IMG/VR virus record: IMGVR_UViG_3300021399_000158
Coordinates: 2,920 to 66,919 of that record
Source: a virus
Taxonomy: Duplodnaviria; Caudoviricetes
Reading direction: 5' to 3' (one strand)
Length of the DNA: 64,000 nucleotides
Shown: one piece after another, positions 56,601 through 64,000 of the stretch
Position numbering within the stretch: position 1 is the stretch's first letter
Layout of the letters: every line of letters starts with the position of its first letter
Program-made: the position numbers and the translations under genes
Notes under the pieces: model-generated
Told to the model about the DNA's origin: nothing
What the model saw: the letters and a program-made list of their open reading frames with translations, nothing else
The model's database searches: none

Positions 56601-57497
56601 AAAGAACTGGTTCAAGCAAGACTCGAAATTAAGCATAAGAATTACGAAGAGGCTGGCAAGTTGTTTGACGGAAAGCTTAAGCCATATTTGGATGACCCAG
56701 AACAGGCAACTTCTTTGGCTTATGCTCTGAAGATAGCTATCAATTCCGTTTATGGGTTGACAGCTGCAAAGTTTGAAAACAAACTTAGAGATCCCAGGAA
56801 CAAAGATAATATCGTTGCCAAGCGTGGTGCGTTATTTATGATTGACCTGAAGAAGGAGGTTCAGAAACGTGGATACACTGTCGCTCACATTAAAACAGAT
56901 AGTATCAAAATTCCAGATGCTGATGAAAAAATTATCAACTTTGTTATCGAATTTGGCAAAAAGTATGGCTACACGTTTGAACATGAAGATACCTACGATA
57001 AAATGTGTCTTGTCAACGACGCGGTTTACATTGCCAGACATAAAGACGGCACGTGGACGGCGACGGGAGCTCAATTTGCGCAACCGTACGTATTCAAAAC
57101 TCTGTTCAGCAAAGAGCAGATTATATTTGAAGACATGTGCGAAACCAAGTCGGTTAGCACGGCGTTATATTTAGACATGAATGAAAACCTTCCAGAAGGT
57201 GAGCATAATTATGCGTTTGTCGGAAAAGCGGGTTCATTCTGCCCGATCAAGCCTGGCTGTGGAGGAGGGCTTCTGATGAGAGAGTCCGGAGATAAATTCA
57301 CATCCGCAACCGGGGCTAAAGGATATCGTTGGCTTGAAGCAGAGATGGTTAAGAACTTCGGTAAAGAAGACGACATAGACAGAACATATTATGCAAAGTT
57401 AGTTGATGACGCTGTTGACAATATTTCAAAGTTTGGAGATTTTGAATGGTTTACAGCAGAAGAGCCATACAATGGAGAATTTGATGTACCGTTTTAG
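53694..57497 (+). CDS. SF3 helicase - AEP primase - family B DNA polymerase fusion
   Basis: Walker A GSAGSGKST; primase-like IDFD...GIHLHY; exonuclease FDVE, FNCRRYD, YCVND; PolB DIASMHP, KIAINSVYG, KTDS. Confidence 0.85.
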   Translation: MLDFMIVSQNEMIRYKKKIVEVSPTFLIKNNSKDLMIRGGDFYAVWNEETGLWSTDEGDAIQIIDRLVQQETEKVQKEYAGSETIIQTKYIWNAKSGVVDQWHKYCQKQLRDNYHQLDTKVIFSNTDVKKEDYVSKRLPYPLEECATPSYDELMGTLYSPEERRKLEWAVGAIISGDSKKIQKFIVLYGSAGSGKSTFLNILQMLFEGYYSFFDSKTLGSAKNDFALEDFKSNPLVAIQHDGDLSRIEDNTKLNSIVSHETMLINEKFKNKYTMRFDSFIFMGTNKPVRITEAKSGLIRRLIDVRPSGNRIDFDRYNILMEKVKFELSGIAWHCLQVYKELGDAYYNNYIPTDMISATNDFYDFMENYYDHFCREPYVTLVDVWALYKKYCDFADVKYSFSMRAVRTELMNYFEEFKRQDVIDGDHVRNVYIGFRKDKFFSFEGDEVKKRTSDLVLDKTESIFDKECASCPAQYGNDEEKPMRKWENVKTTLSDIDTSRLHYVRVPLNHIVIDFDLKDENGNKSYERNLLEASKWPLTYAELSKGGAGIHLHYIYDGDVTELSRVYSEDIEIKVFNGNSSLRRKLTKCNDIPIATINSGLPLKGGKNVVDFEMIKSEKALRGRIEKCLRKEHHGATAPEVDFIFKILEDAYASGMTYDVSDMRPKILAFANNSSHQREKCVKTVAKMHFYSEIKDDAIPSGQYESDELIFFDVEVFPNLFVVVWKAEDKDCVKMINPSPSDISDLLRFKLVGFNCRRYDNHILYARTLGYDNHQLYLLSQRIVNGSRNSMFGPAYSLSYTDVYDFCSKKQSLKKWEIELGIHHQELGLKWDEDAPEDKWELVADYCVNDVVATEAVFKARKQDFVAREILADISGLTVNDTTNSHTTRLIVGTEKNPQSEFVYTDLREMFPGYTFDNGRSTYQGEEVGEGGYVYAEPGMYGNVALLDIASMHPTSAINLNIFGPYTKNFKELVQARLEIKHKNYEEAGKLFDGKLKPYLDDPEQATSLAYALKIAINSVYGLTAAKFENKLRDPRNKDNIVAKRGALFMIDLKKEVQKRGYTVAHIKTDSIKIPDADEKIINFVIEFGKKYGYTFEHEDTYDKMCLVNDAVYIARHKDGTWTATGAQFAQPYVFKTLFSKEQIIFEDMCETKSVSTALYLDMNENLPEGEHNYAFVGKAGSFCPIKPGCGGGLLMRESGDKFTSATGAKGYRWLEAEMVKNFGKEDDIDRTYYAKLVDDAVDNISKFGDFEWFTAEEPYNGEFDVPF

Positions 57498-57511
57498 AAA
57501 GGAGCAGAATA

Positions 57512-58009
57512 ATGGCTAATAAGAACATCGTTGCAGAAGGAGCAAGAATAGGGTTTCGGAATTTCAGTGGCAAAGAAGGCCAGTATAATCCCGCTGGCAG
57601 AAGGAACTTTTGTTGGTTTATCGATGACGAGGAATTAGCTCAGGCATTGATTAATGACAATTGGAATGTAAGAATGCTTAAGCCTAGAGAAGATAATGAT
57701 AAGCCTCAGGCATATTTGCAGGTTGCTGTAGAATTCAAGAACTATCCGCCTAAGGTGATGCTTGTCACAAGTAGAGGAAAAAGCAGACTTGAGGAAGATG
57801 ATATTGGCATGCTTGATTGGGCAGAAATCAAGAATGTAGACATGATAATCAGACCTTACAATTGGGAGGTCAATGGTAAGTCTGGCACCAAAGCATATTT
57901 GAAAGCTCTCTATGTAACAATAGAAGAAGACGAGTTTGAAAGTAAATACGCAGACACACCCGATAGTGCTGCTAGTGCGATTATGGATGACGACGATGTT
58001 CCTTTCTAA
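57512..58009 (+). CDS. Single-stranded DNA-binding protein
   Basis: FRNFSG...YN.AGRRNF...IRPYNWEVNGKSG.KAYL; acidic tail ending DDDVPF. Confidence 0.75.
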   Translation: MANKNIVAEGARIGFRNFSGKEGQYNPAGRRNFCWFIDDEELAQALINDNWNVRMLKPREDNDKPQAYLQVAVEFKNYPPKVMLVTSRGKSRLEEDDIGMLDWAEIKNVDMIIRPYNWEVNGKSGTKAYLKALYVTIEEDEFESKYADTPDSAASAIMDDDDVPF

Positions 58010-58017
58010 GAAAGGGG

Positions 58018-59250
58018 GTGATCGATATTTCAATCGAACTATACGATCATCAGAAGAAAGCAATAGAAGAGCTTAGAAACGGATGTATATTATGTGGAGG
58101 AACAGGGACTGGAAAATCGATTACTTCTTTGGCATATTACTTCATCAAAGAATGCGGAGGTCAATTAGAACCTGAGTATTCGAAAATGACAAAGCCCAAG
58201 GACCTTTACATAATTACAACAGCAAGAAAAAGAGATACGTTAGAATGGGAGGGTGAATTATCACCCTTCCTTCTTTCTACTAAGCCGGAACTTAGTTTAT
58301 ATTCTACTAAAGTTGTTGTAGATTCGTGGAATAACATAGCCAAATACAAAGACGTTCGCAACGCTTTCTTTATATTTGATGAACAGAGAGTTGTTGGGCA
58401 TGGCGCTTGGGTAAAAGCTTTTCTTCATATTACAAAATCGAATAGATGGATTTTGTTAAGCGCAACACCTGGAGACACATGGATGGACTATATTCCGGTG
58501 TTCGTTGCAAACGGTTTTTATAAGAATCGAACCGAGTTTTTAAGAAGACATGTAGTTTTTAATAGGTTCGCTAAGTACCCGAAAGTAGACAGGTATTTGG
58601 ATTGCCAAAGGTTAATTAAGCTTAAAAAGTATATTTTAGTGACAATGGAGTACAAAAAGCCAACTGTGATTCATAAAAAGAACATCATAGTAGGTCATGA
58701 CTCAACTTTATATACTAACATCGGAAAAAGTAGATGGAACTGCTTTAAGGATGAGCCAATAAAGAACGCATCGGAATACTGTCAGGTTATGCGAAAGATA
58801 GTTAATACTGACCCTTCAAGAATAGCCGCAGTTAAAGCTTTGATAAAAGAGCATCCGAAAACAATTATATTTTACAACTTTGATTACGAACTAGATATCT
58901 TAAGAGATGTTGGAAAAAGTTTAAGTATAACAACTGCTGAATTAAATGGGCACAAGCATAATGATGTGCCAACAACAGATTCTTGGATATATTTAGTTCA
59001 GTATGCATCTGGATCAGAAGCTTGGAACTGCATCACTACCGATACAATTATATTTTACTCACTAAACTATTCTTGGAGAATGATGCACCAATCTGCTGGA
59101 AGAATTGACAGATTGAACACCCCATTTACGGATTTGTATTACTACTATATTCGTTCTAAAGCACCTATTGATTTAGGAATAGAAAAAACATTAAAAAACA
59201 AACAGAACTTTAACGAAAAGAATTTTGTGGGAGATCTTAGTTTTGATTAA
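58018..59250 (+). CDS. SF2 (SNF2/DEAD-like) helicase
   Basis: GGTGTGKS, FDEQ, LSATPG, QSAGRIDR motifs. Confidence 0.85.
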   Translation: MIDISIELYDHQKKAIEELRNGCILCGGTGTGKSITSLAYYFIKECGGQLEPEYSKMTKPKDLYIITTARKRDTLEWEGELSPFLLSTKPELSLYSTKVVVDSWNNIAKYKDVRNAFFIFDEQRVVGHGAWVKAFLHITKSNRWILLSATPGDTWMDYIPVFVANGFYKNRTEFLRRHVVFNRFAKYPKVDRYLDCQRLIKLKKYILVTMEYKKPTVIHKKNIIVGHDSTLYTNIGKSRWNCFKDEPIKNASEYCQVMRKIVNTDPSRIAAVKALIKEHPKTIIFYNFDYELDILRDVGKSLSITTAELNGHKHNDVPTTDSWIYLVQYASGSEAWNCITTDTIIFYSLNYSWRMMHQSAGRIDRLNTPFTDLYYYYIRSKAPIDLGIEKTLKNKQNFNEKNFVGDLSFD

Positions 59251-59431
59251 GAAGCCAGTTAATCCTTGTTATAAATGCGAAGATAGAGTTGTAGGGTGCC
59301 ATGCTGAATGTGAAAAGTATATTTCTTACAGAAAAGAACAAGACATATATGGCAGAGCTATTACAGAAGGACGAAAGAAATTAAGTGTTACTTGGTCCAA
59401 ATCTAGGAGAAACAGAATCGTTGGGAGGTGA
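59225..59431 (+). CDS. Small Cys-rich hypothetical protein
   Basis: PCYKCEDR..GCHAECEKY. Confidence 0.5.
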   Translation: MWEILVLIKKPVNPCYKCEDRVVGCHAECEKYISYRKEQDIYGRAITEGRKKLSVTWSKSRRNRIVGR

Positions 59432-59437
59432 TATTTT

Positions 59438-59905
59438 TTGTTCAAAACAATAGAACGCCACCCTTCTTATGAGATAAATGAAAAAGGTGAAGTAAGAAGA
59501 AAAGGCAAAGAAGGAATTCGGCGGCCCTACCCAGTAAATGGCCATCCTAAAATCATACTTGATGACAAAACTGAGTATATTTCTAGGCTCGTTGCTGAAG
59601 CGTTCTTGGAAAACCCAGACAATAAGCCAAATGTTAATCATGTAGATAGAAACACAAGTAATAACGATGTTGCTAATCTCGAATGGGCTACTCATGGCGA
59701 GATCCAAAAGGAATCGTATAAAGGTTTCCCAGCACCAGGAGGAAGAGAGTATGCGAAGAAGGTCCTTATTGTTGAAACTGGTGAAGTGTTTCCAAGCATA
59801 CGAGCATGCGCTAGATCGGTTGGCGGTTGTGCTTCTGGTATAAGAAGATGTTTGAACGATGAGAAAAAGTCTTATAAAGGTTTCCACTATAAAAATCCAT
59901 TTTAG
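59438..59905 (+). CDS. NUMOD4/HNH homing endonuclease-like protein
   Basis: [10 protein letters not shown]; [10 protein letters not shown]...VNHVD.N..NN...NLEW; C-terminal [12 protein letters not shown]. Confidence 0.8.
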   Translation: MFKTIERHPSYEINEKGEVRRKGKEGIRRPYPVNGHPKIILDDKTEYISRLVAEAFLENPDNKPNVNHVDRNTSNNDVANLEWATHGEIQKESYKGFPAPGGREYAKKVLIVETGEVFPSIRACARSVGGCASGIRRCLNDEKKSYKGFHYKNPF

Positions 59906-59915
59906 GTTATACCCG

Positions 59916-59940
59916 TCGTAAGAATTACAGATGCTATTAT
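59916..59940 (+). promoter_or_regulatory. TCGTAA-N13-TATTAT promoter motif 10
   Basis: Upstream of VRR-NUC, exonuclease and RNAP genes. Confidence 0.75.
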
Positions 59941-60000
59941 AGGAAGGAAGGGCGAAGATACCGTTTTTGCTCTTCTTTTTCTTTTTGGAAAGGAGCATTC

Positions 60001-60291
60001 ATGGCTGAGAATAAATTTCAGGCAGATTTGATTAAGGAACTTAAACAAAGATTCCCAGGATGCATAGTGCTTAAGAATGATCCTAATTATATTCAGGGGA
60101 TCCCAGACTTGTTAATTCTTTATAACAATAAATGGGGAGCTCTCGAGTGTAAAGATAGCGCAAGTTCTAAGAAGAGACCTAACCAAGAATGGTATGTGGA
60201 ACATATGAACAAGATGTCTTTCTCAAGATTTATATTTCCGCAAAACAAAGAGGAGGTGCTTAATGAACTTCAACGAGCATTCGGGGCTTGA
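60001..60291 (+). CDS. VRR-NUC family nuclease (putative Holliday junction resolvase)
   Basis: E..FQ...GIPDLLIL...ALECK...RPNQEW. Confidence 0.8.
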   Translation: MAENKFQADLIKELKQRFPGCIVLKNDPNYIQGIPDLLILYNNKWGALECKDSASSKKRPNQEWYVEHMNKMSFSRFIFPQNKEEVLNELQRAFGA

Positions 60292-60817
60292 AGGTTTACA
60301 TGCATTTCTAAGTCCAAGCAAATACCATTGGATTAATTACGATGAGGCTAAATTGGCTGAAGCGTATGAAAAGTATCAAGCAATACAAAGAGGCACAATA
60401 TTGCACGATTTTGCTAGAAGATGCATCGTCTTAAGACAAAGGTTACCAAAGTCTAAGAAGACTTTGAACATGTACGTTAACGACGCAATAGGTTATGGTA
60501 TGACACCAGAACAACCGTTATATTTTTCGGAGAATTGTTTTGGAACTGCAGATGCTATTTCGTTTAAGCGCGACTTTCTAAGAATTCATGATTTGAAAAC
60601 CGGCATCACAAAGGCCTCTTTTCATCAATTAGAAGTGTATACTTCTATATTTTGTTTGGAGTATGGAATCAACCCGAAAGATATAGGAATCGAGCTTCGT
60701 ATCTATCAAATGGACGAAGTGCTTTGTTATGAACCAATTGCTGATGATATTTTGGCGATTAGTGACAAAATAATTGCATTTGATAAACAAATAGAGAAGA
60801 TTAAAGGAGCCGAATAA
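60263..60817 (+). CDS. PD-(D/E)XK / Cas4-like exonuclease
   Basis: HAFLSPS...RGTILH...FGTADAI...IHDLKTG...QLEVY. Confidence 0.7.
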   Translation: MNFNEHSGLEGLHAFLSPSKYHWINYDEAKLAEAYEKYQAIQRGTILHDFARRCIVLRQRLPKSKKTLNMYVNDAIGYGMTPEQPLYFSENCFGTADAISFKRDFLRIHDLKTGITKASFHQLEVYTSIFCLEYGINPKDIGIELRIYQMDEVLCYEPIADDILAISDKIIAFDKQIEKIKGAE

Positions 60818-63504
60818 TGTACAATGATGAGCTGTTGCATTATGGTACGAAACGCCATTCTGGGAGATACGAATGGGGGTCTGGTTTAAACCCTTACCAG
60901 CATGAAAGTTGGTTTCTTGCAGAAAAAGATAGGTTAAAAGCTCAGGGTTTAAGCGATACGGAGATTGCCACCGAACTTGGAATGAGTTCTAATGAGTTTA
61001 GAACTCGCAGAACAATAGAAAATAACGCCAAAAAAGCTGCTGACGCAACAAACGCTTTGAAACTAAGAGACAAGGGATATTCCAATGTTGAAATAGGAAA
61101 GATGCTTGGCATTTCAGAAGGAACGGTTAGAAAGTATTTAAACCCAGCTTTTGAAATGAGAAAAAATAAAACTCAACAATTAGCAGATGTTTTAAAGGAA
61201 CAGGTTGAGTCAAAAACATATCTTGATGTTGGAAAAGGCGTTGAAAGACAGCTTGGCGTGTCAAGACAGCAGATGAAACCAGCACTTAAGCTGTTAGAAG
61301 ATCAAGGGTATAAAGTTAGTTATGTGAAAGTTGAACAAGCTACGAACCCAGGAAAGTATACTTCAGTTCAGGTTCTTACTAAAGACAACTTGGATTACTC
61401 AGATATTTATAAACACAGAGGCGAAATCATGTCTCCTCATGGCGTGTGGTTTGAAGATTATGGAACTACAAAAAGAGGTTTGAAACCTCCTGTGAGTATA
61501 GATTCTGACAGAGTAGCTATTAGATATGCAGAAGATGGCGGCAAGGCGAAAGATGGGTTAATAGAACTTAGAAGAGGCGTTAGTGATTTATCTATGGGGT
61601 ATAACACATACGCACAAGTTCGTATTGCCGTCGACGGAACGCATTATCTTAAGGGCATGGCAGTGTATAGTGACGATCTTCCGCCTGGTGTTGACATTAT
61701 GTTCAACACTAATAAAACTAAGGACAAAAGTAAGATGGAAGTCCTTAAGAAGATGGATCCTGACCCGAACAACCCGTTCGGTTCAACGATTAGCAGACAA
61801 CCAACATATTTGGACAAGCTCGGAAAAGAGCATCAATCAGCAATCAATATTGTAAACGAATCAGAAGACTGGGAGAAATGGTCAAAGACTCTTTCCTCCC
61901 AGTTTCTTTCTAAACAGAACACAACTTTAGCCAAGAGACAATTAGATTTAGCGTATAAAGAAAAGCAACAAGAGTTCGACGATATTTGTTCTCTTAATAA
62001 CCCTGCTGTTAAACAAAGATTGTTAGAGTCATTCGCTGATGACTGCGACTCGGCTGCTGTGCAGTTAAAAGCAGCTCCGTTGCCAGGGCAAAAGACACAT
62101 GTTATTCTTCCGTTAACAAAGATTAAGGACAATGAAATTTACGCTCCTAACTATAAAACAGGGGAAGAAGTAATCCTTGTTAGGCATCCGCATCAAGGAA
62201 TATTTGAGATCCCAAGACTTACTGTTAACAATAGAAACAAACAGGGGCGAGAGCTACTTGGTAATGCCGAGAATGCAGTTGGTATTTCAGCGACTGTAGC
62301 TGAGCAACTGTCAGGCGCTGACTTCGATGGCGATACTGTTCTTGTAATACCCACAAAGAACCATCCTTTGAAAACATCTAAACCATTAAAAGGATTAGAT
62401 GGGTTTGATCCGAAAGAATACTACAGAGCTTATGAAGGCATGCCTAAGACAGGCCCCGAAACAGGGTTTCATAAGCAAAATGAAATGGGTAGCATAAGTA
62501 ATCTTATCACCGACATGACAATTAAGGGTGCTACAGAAGCTGAACTCGTTAGAGCTACAAAGCATTCATTAACTGTAATCGATGCTGAGAAACATAATCT
62601 TGACTGGCGAAGATCAGAACAAGAAAACGGTATTAAGCAACTAAAAGCTAAGTACCAAGGTGGAGCAAATAGAGGCGCTTCAACATTAATTTCTAAAGCA
62701 AGTTCTGAAATGCGAGTACCTCAAAGGAAAGACTTTGTAATGTCAAAGTCTTCAATAGACCCAATTACAGGGGCTAAAATCTTTGAGGAAACAGGAGCAA
62801 CATGGACCGATAAGAAAGGCAAAACACAACTACGAACAGACAAATCAACTAAGATGTATGAGAATCTTATTGAAGGAAAAGATGCATCTGAGTTGTCCTC
62901 AGGTTCTGCAATGGAAAAGGTCTATGCTGACCACGCTAATAAGATGTATGCCTTGGGCAATAAGGCTAGAAAAGAATGGCTAGCCACCCCAAACTTAGAG
63001 TATAGTCCCAGTGCTTATAAGACTTACAAACCAGAAGTTGATTCACTAAATTCTAAGCTAAACATAGCATTAAAGAACGCCCCCAATGAGAGGAAAGCAC
63101 AGCTGGTGGCCGACGTTGTTTATAAGGAGCTGAAAGAGAGCAACCCCTCTATGTTCAAGGATAAGAAGGAGGCCCAGAAGATAAAGGCTCAGATCATTAT
63201 AGATACAAGGAACAGAGCGGGGACTACATCAAGGGCCGAAAGAAACATATCTATAACGGATAGGGAGTGGGAGGCTATACAAGCGGGGGCTATCCACCAC
63301 TCTAAACTAAGACAGATACTGGCCCATACAGATCTTGACGAGATTAGAGAAAGAGCAACGCCAAGAGAAAACAAGAACAGAAAAGTTAGTGCTTCTACAT
63401 TATCAAGAGCGAGAGCAATGCTTGCAATGGGTTACACACAAGCTGATGTGGCTAAAGCATGTGGCGTATCGATTTCAACACTTAAGAACAATGGAGTTCT
63501 ATAA
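60817..63504 (+). CDS. YonO/RdRP-like single-chain two-barrel RNA polymerase with HTH domains and N-terminal LLHYG tag
   Basis: VRIAVDGTHYLKG, VRHPHQG (RxP), LSGADFDGDTV (DxDGD), GSISNLIT; HTHs LSDTEIATELGM, YSNVEIGKMLGISEGTVRKYL, YTQADVAKACGVSISTL. Confidence 0.82.
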   Translation: MYNDELLHYGTKRHSGRYEWGSGLNPYQHESWFLAEKDRLKAQGLSDTEIATELGMSSNEFRTRRTIENNAKKAADATNALKLRDKGYSNVEIGKMLGISEGTVRKYLNPAFEMRKNKTQQLADVLKEQVESKTYLDVGKGVERQLGVSRQQMKPALKLLEDQGYKVSYVKVEQATNPGKYTSVQVLTKDNLDYSDIYKHRGEIMSPHGVWFEDYGTTKRGLKPPVSIDSDRVAIRYAEDGGKAKDGLIELRRGVSDLSMGYNTYAQVRIAVDGTHYLKGMAVYSDDLPPGVDIMFNTNKTKDKSKMEVLKKMDPDPNNPFGSTISRQPTYLDKLGKEHQSAINIVNESEDWEKWSKTLSSQFLSKQNTTLAKRQLDLAYKEKQQEFDDICSLNNPAVKQRLLESFADDCDSAAVQLKAAPLPGQKTHVILPLTKIKDNEIYAPNYKTGEEVILVRHPHQGIFEIPRLTVNNRNKQGRELLGNAENAVGISATVAEQLSGADFDGDTVLVIPTKNHPLKTSKPLKGLDGFDPKEYYRAYEGMPKTGPETGFHKQNEMGSISNLITDMTIKGATEAELVRATKHSLTVIDAEKHNLDWRRSEQENGIKQLKAKYQGGANRGASTLISKASSEMRVPQRKDFVMSKSSIDPITGAKIFEETGATWTDKKGKTQLRTDKSTKMYENLIEGKDASELSSGSAMEKVYADHANKMYALGNKARKEWLATPNLEYSPSAYKTYKPEVDSLNSKLNIALKNAPNERKAQLVADVVYKELKESNPSMFKDKKEAQKIKAQIIIDTRNRAGTTSRAERNISITDREWEAIQAGAIHHSKLRQILAHTDLDEIRERATPRENKNRKVSASTLSRARAMLAMGYTQADVAKACGVSISTLKNNGVL

Positions 63505-63525
63505 CAAAGAAAGGAGGCAACAATC

Positions 63526-63765
63526 ATGAGACAAGTTGCATTAACAACTATTGACAACCCATATGATCCGATAGATCAGTTCGATGATTGGTATGCTTTC
63601 GATCTTAGTAAAGGATACAATTGTTGTGAGTATGTTGGTTCTTTAGCATTAACCTCTTCAGAGCTTAGCTATCTTGATCAATCGATTGCTGTTGAAAGAG
63701 CTGTTGATCAAATAGTTAAACTAAATGTTTTAGGAATCTTTAAGAAAGTTGTTAAAGAAATCTAA
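63526..63765 (+). CDS. Conserved-looking phage hypothetical protein
   Basis: AAAGGAGG RBS; ALTTIDNPYDPIDQFDDWYAFD...GY.CC.Y. Confidence 0.65.
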   Translation: MRQVALTTIDNPYDPIDQFDDWYAFDLSKGYNCCEYVGSLALTSSELSYLDQSIAVERAVDQIVKLNVLGIFKKVVKEI

Positions 63766-64000
63766 AAGAAAGTTAAAAGCAATAGAGCTATGTGAATACT
63801 TTTTGTTCCCCATTTTGTTTTAAAAGCAATCAATTAGTTTGTTTAAAAAGAAAAACAATTAGTGAAGAAGAAAAGTAAAAGAATAAAAAGTATTCAATTA
63901 AAAATTAAAAATGATATGGAGTAACGGAGGGAATGAAAATTATTTCATACTCCGTGCTCCCCTAGAGGGGGGTCTCGAAAATTATACACCCCCTATGCAT
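63766..64000. other. A-rich non-coding tail ending in a G6/C5 inverted repeat; probable genome end near cos
   Basis: No ORF; AGGGGGGT (63966-73) ... ACCCCCT (63988-94) then ATGCAT at window end. Confidence 0.45.

Noticed and set aside
60263-60817. CRISPR-associated Cas4
   Set aside because: Stand-alone PD-(D/E)XK exonuclease in a replication/recombination context; no array or other cas genes
1014-63374. All minus-strand ORFs in the track (e.g. 6507..7448, 5667..6239, 13657..14454)
   Set aside because: They lie wholly opposite well-supported + strand genes, lack RBSs and read as antisense shadows (Ser/Phe-rich opposite Glu/Lys-rich)
1-64000. Lysogeny module or prophage boundaries
   Set aside because: No integrase, repressor or divergent transcription recognisable and no host genes at the edges; the missing left end could still hold such genes
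1-64000. Stop-codon reassignment
   Set aside because: Standard code yields full-length, densely packed genes ending in TAA, TAG and TGA

Overview
This window is most of a lytic-looking siphovirus genome. Every credible gene is on the + strand, no integrase or repressor is recognisable, and the AAGGAGG-type RBSs suggest a Gram-positive host. Gene order: terminase; a cluster of HHGVKGMKWG-tagged proteins; portal; prohead protease/major capsid fusion; tail module; tail-fibre/accessory module containing a radical SAM + 91-Cys CXXX-repeat locus; lysis; about 19 kb of small early/accessory genes organised as promoter-gene-terminator cassettes with several structured ncRNA candidates; nucleotide-pool enzymes; a probable origin; a helicase-primase-PolB fusion with SSB, SF2 helicase and nucleases; a YonO/RdRP-like single-chain RNA polymerase; and a probable cos-proximal right end. 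Three candidate systems stand out. (1) A short L-x-H-[HY]-G tag is shared by unrelated effector-like proteins (papain-fold toxin with putative immunity gene, GNAT, ART-like protein) and, in variant form, the RNA polymerase. It matches (L/M)-x-H sites in the capsid precursor, suggesting a protease-processed capsid-loading address for injected cargo. (2) A three-gene CXXX-repeat radical SAM/SPASM modification system is embedded among tail-fibre genes. (3) Two phage-specific promoter-like motifs (TCGTAA-N13-TATWRY x10 and TTCAAAATGGGAG x5) and a strand-biased ATATTT excess occur. All family assignments come from motif recognition by eye; no database search was run.
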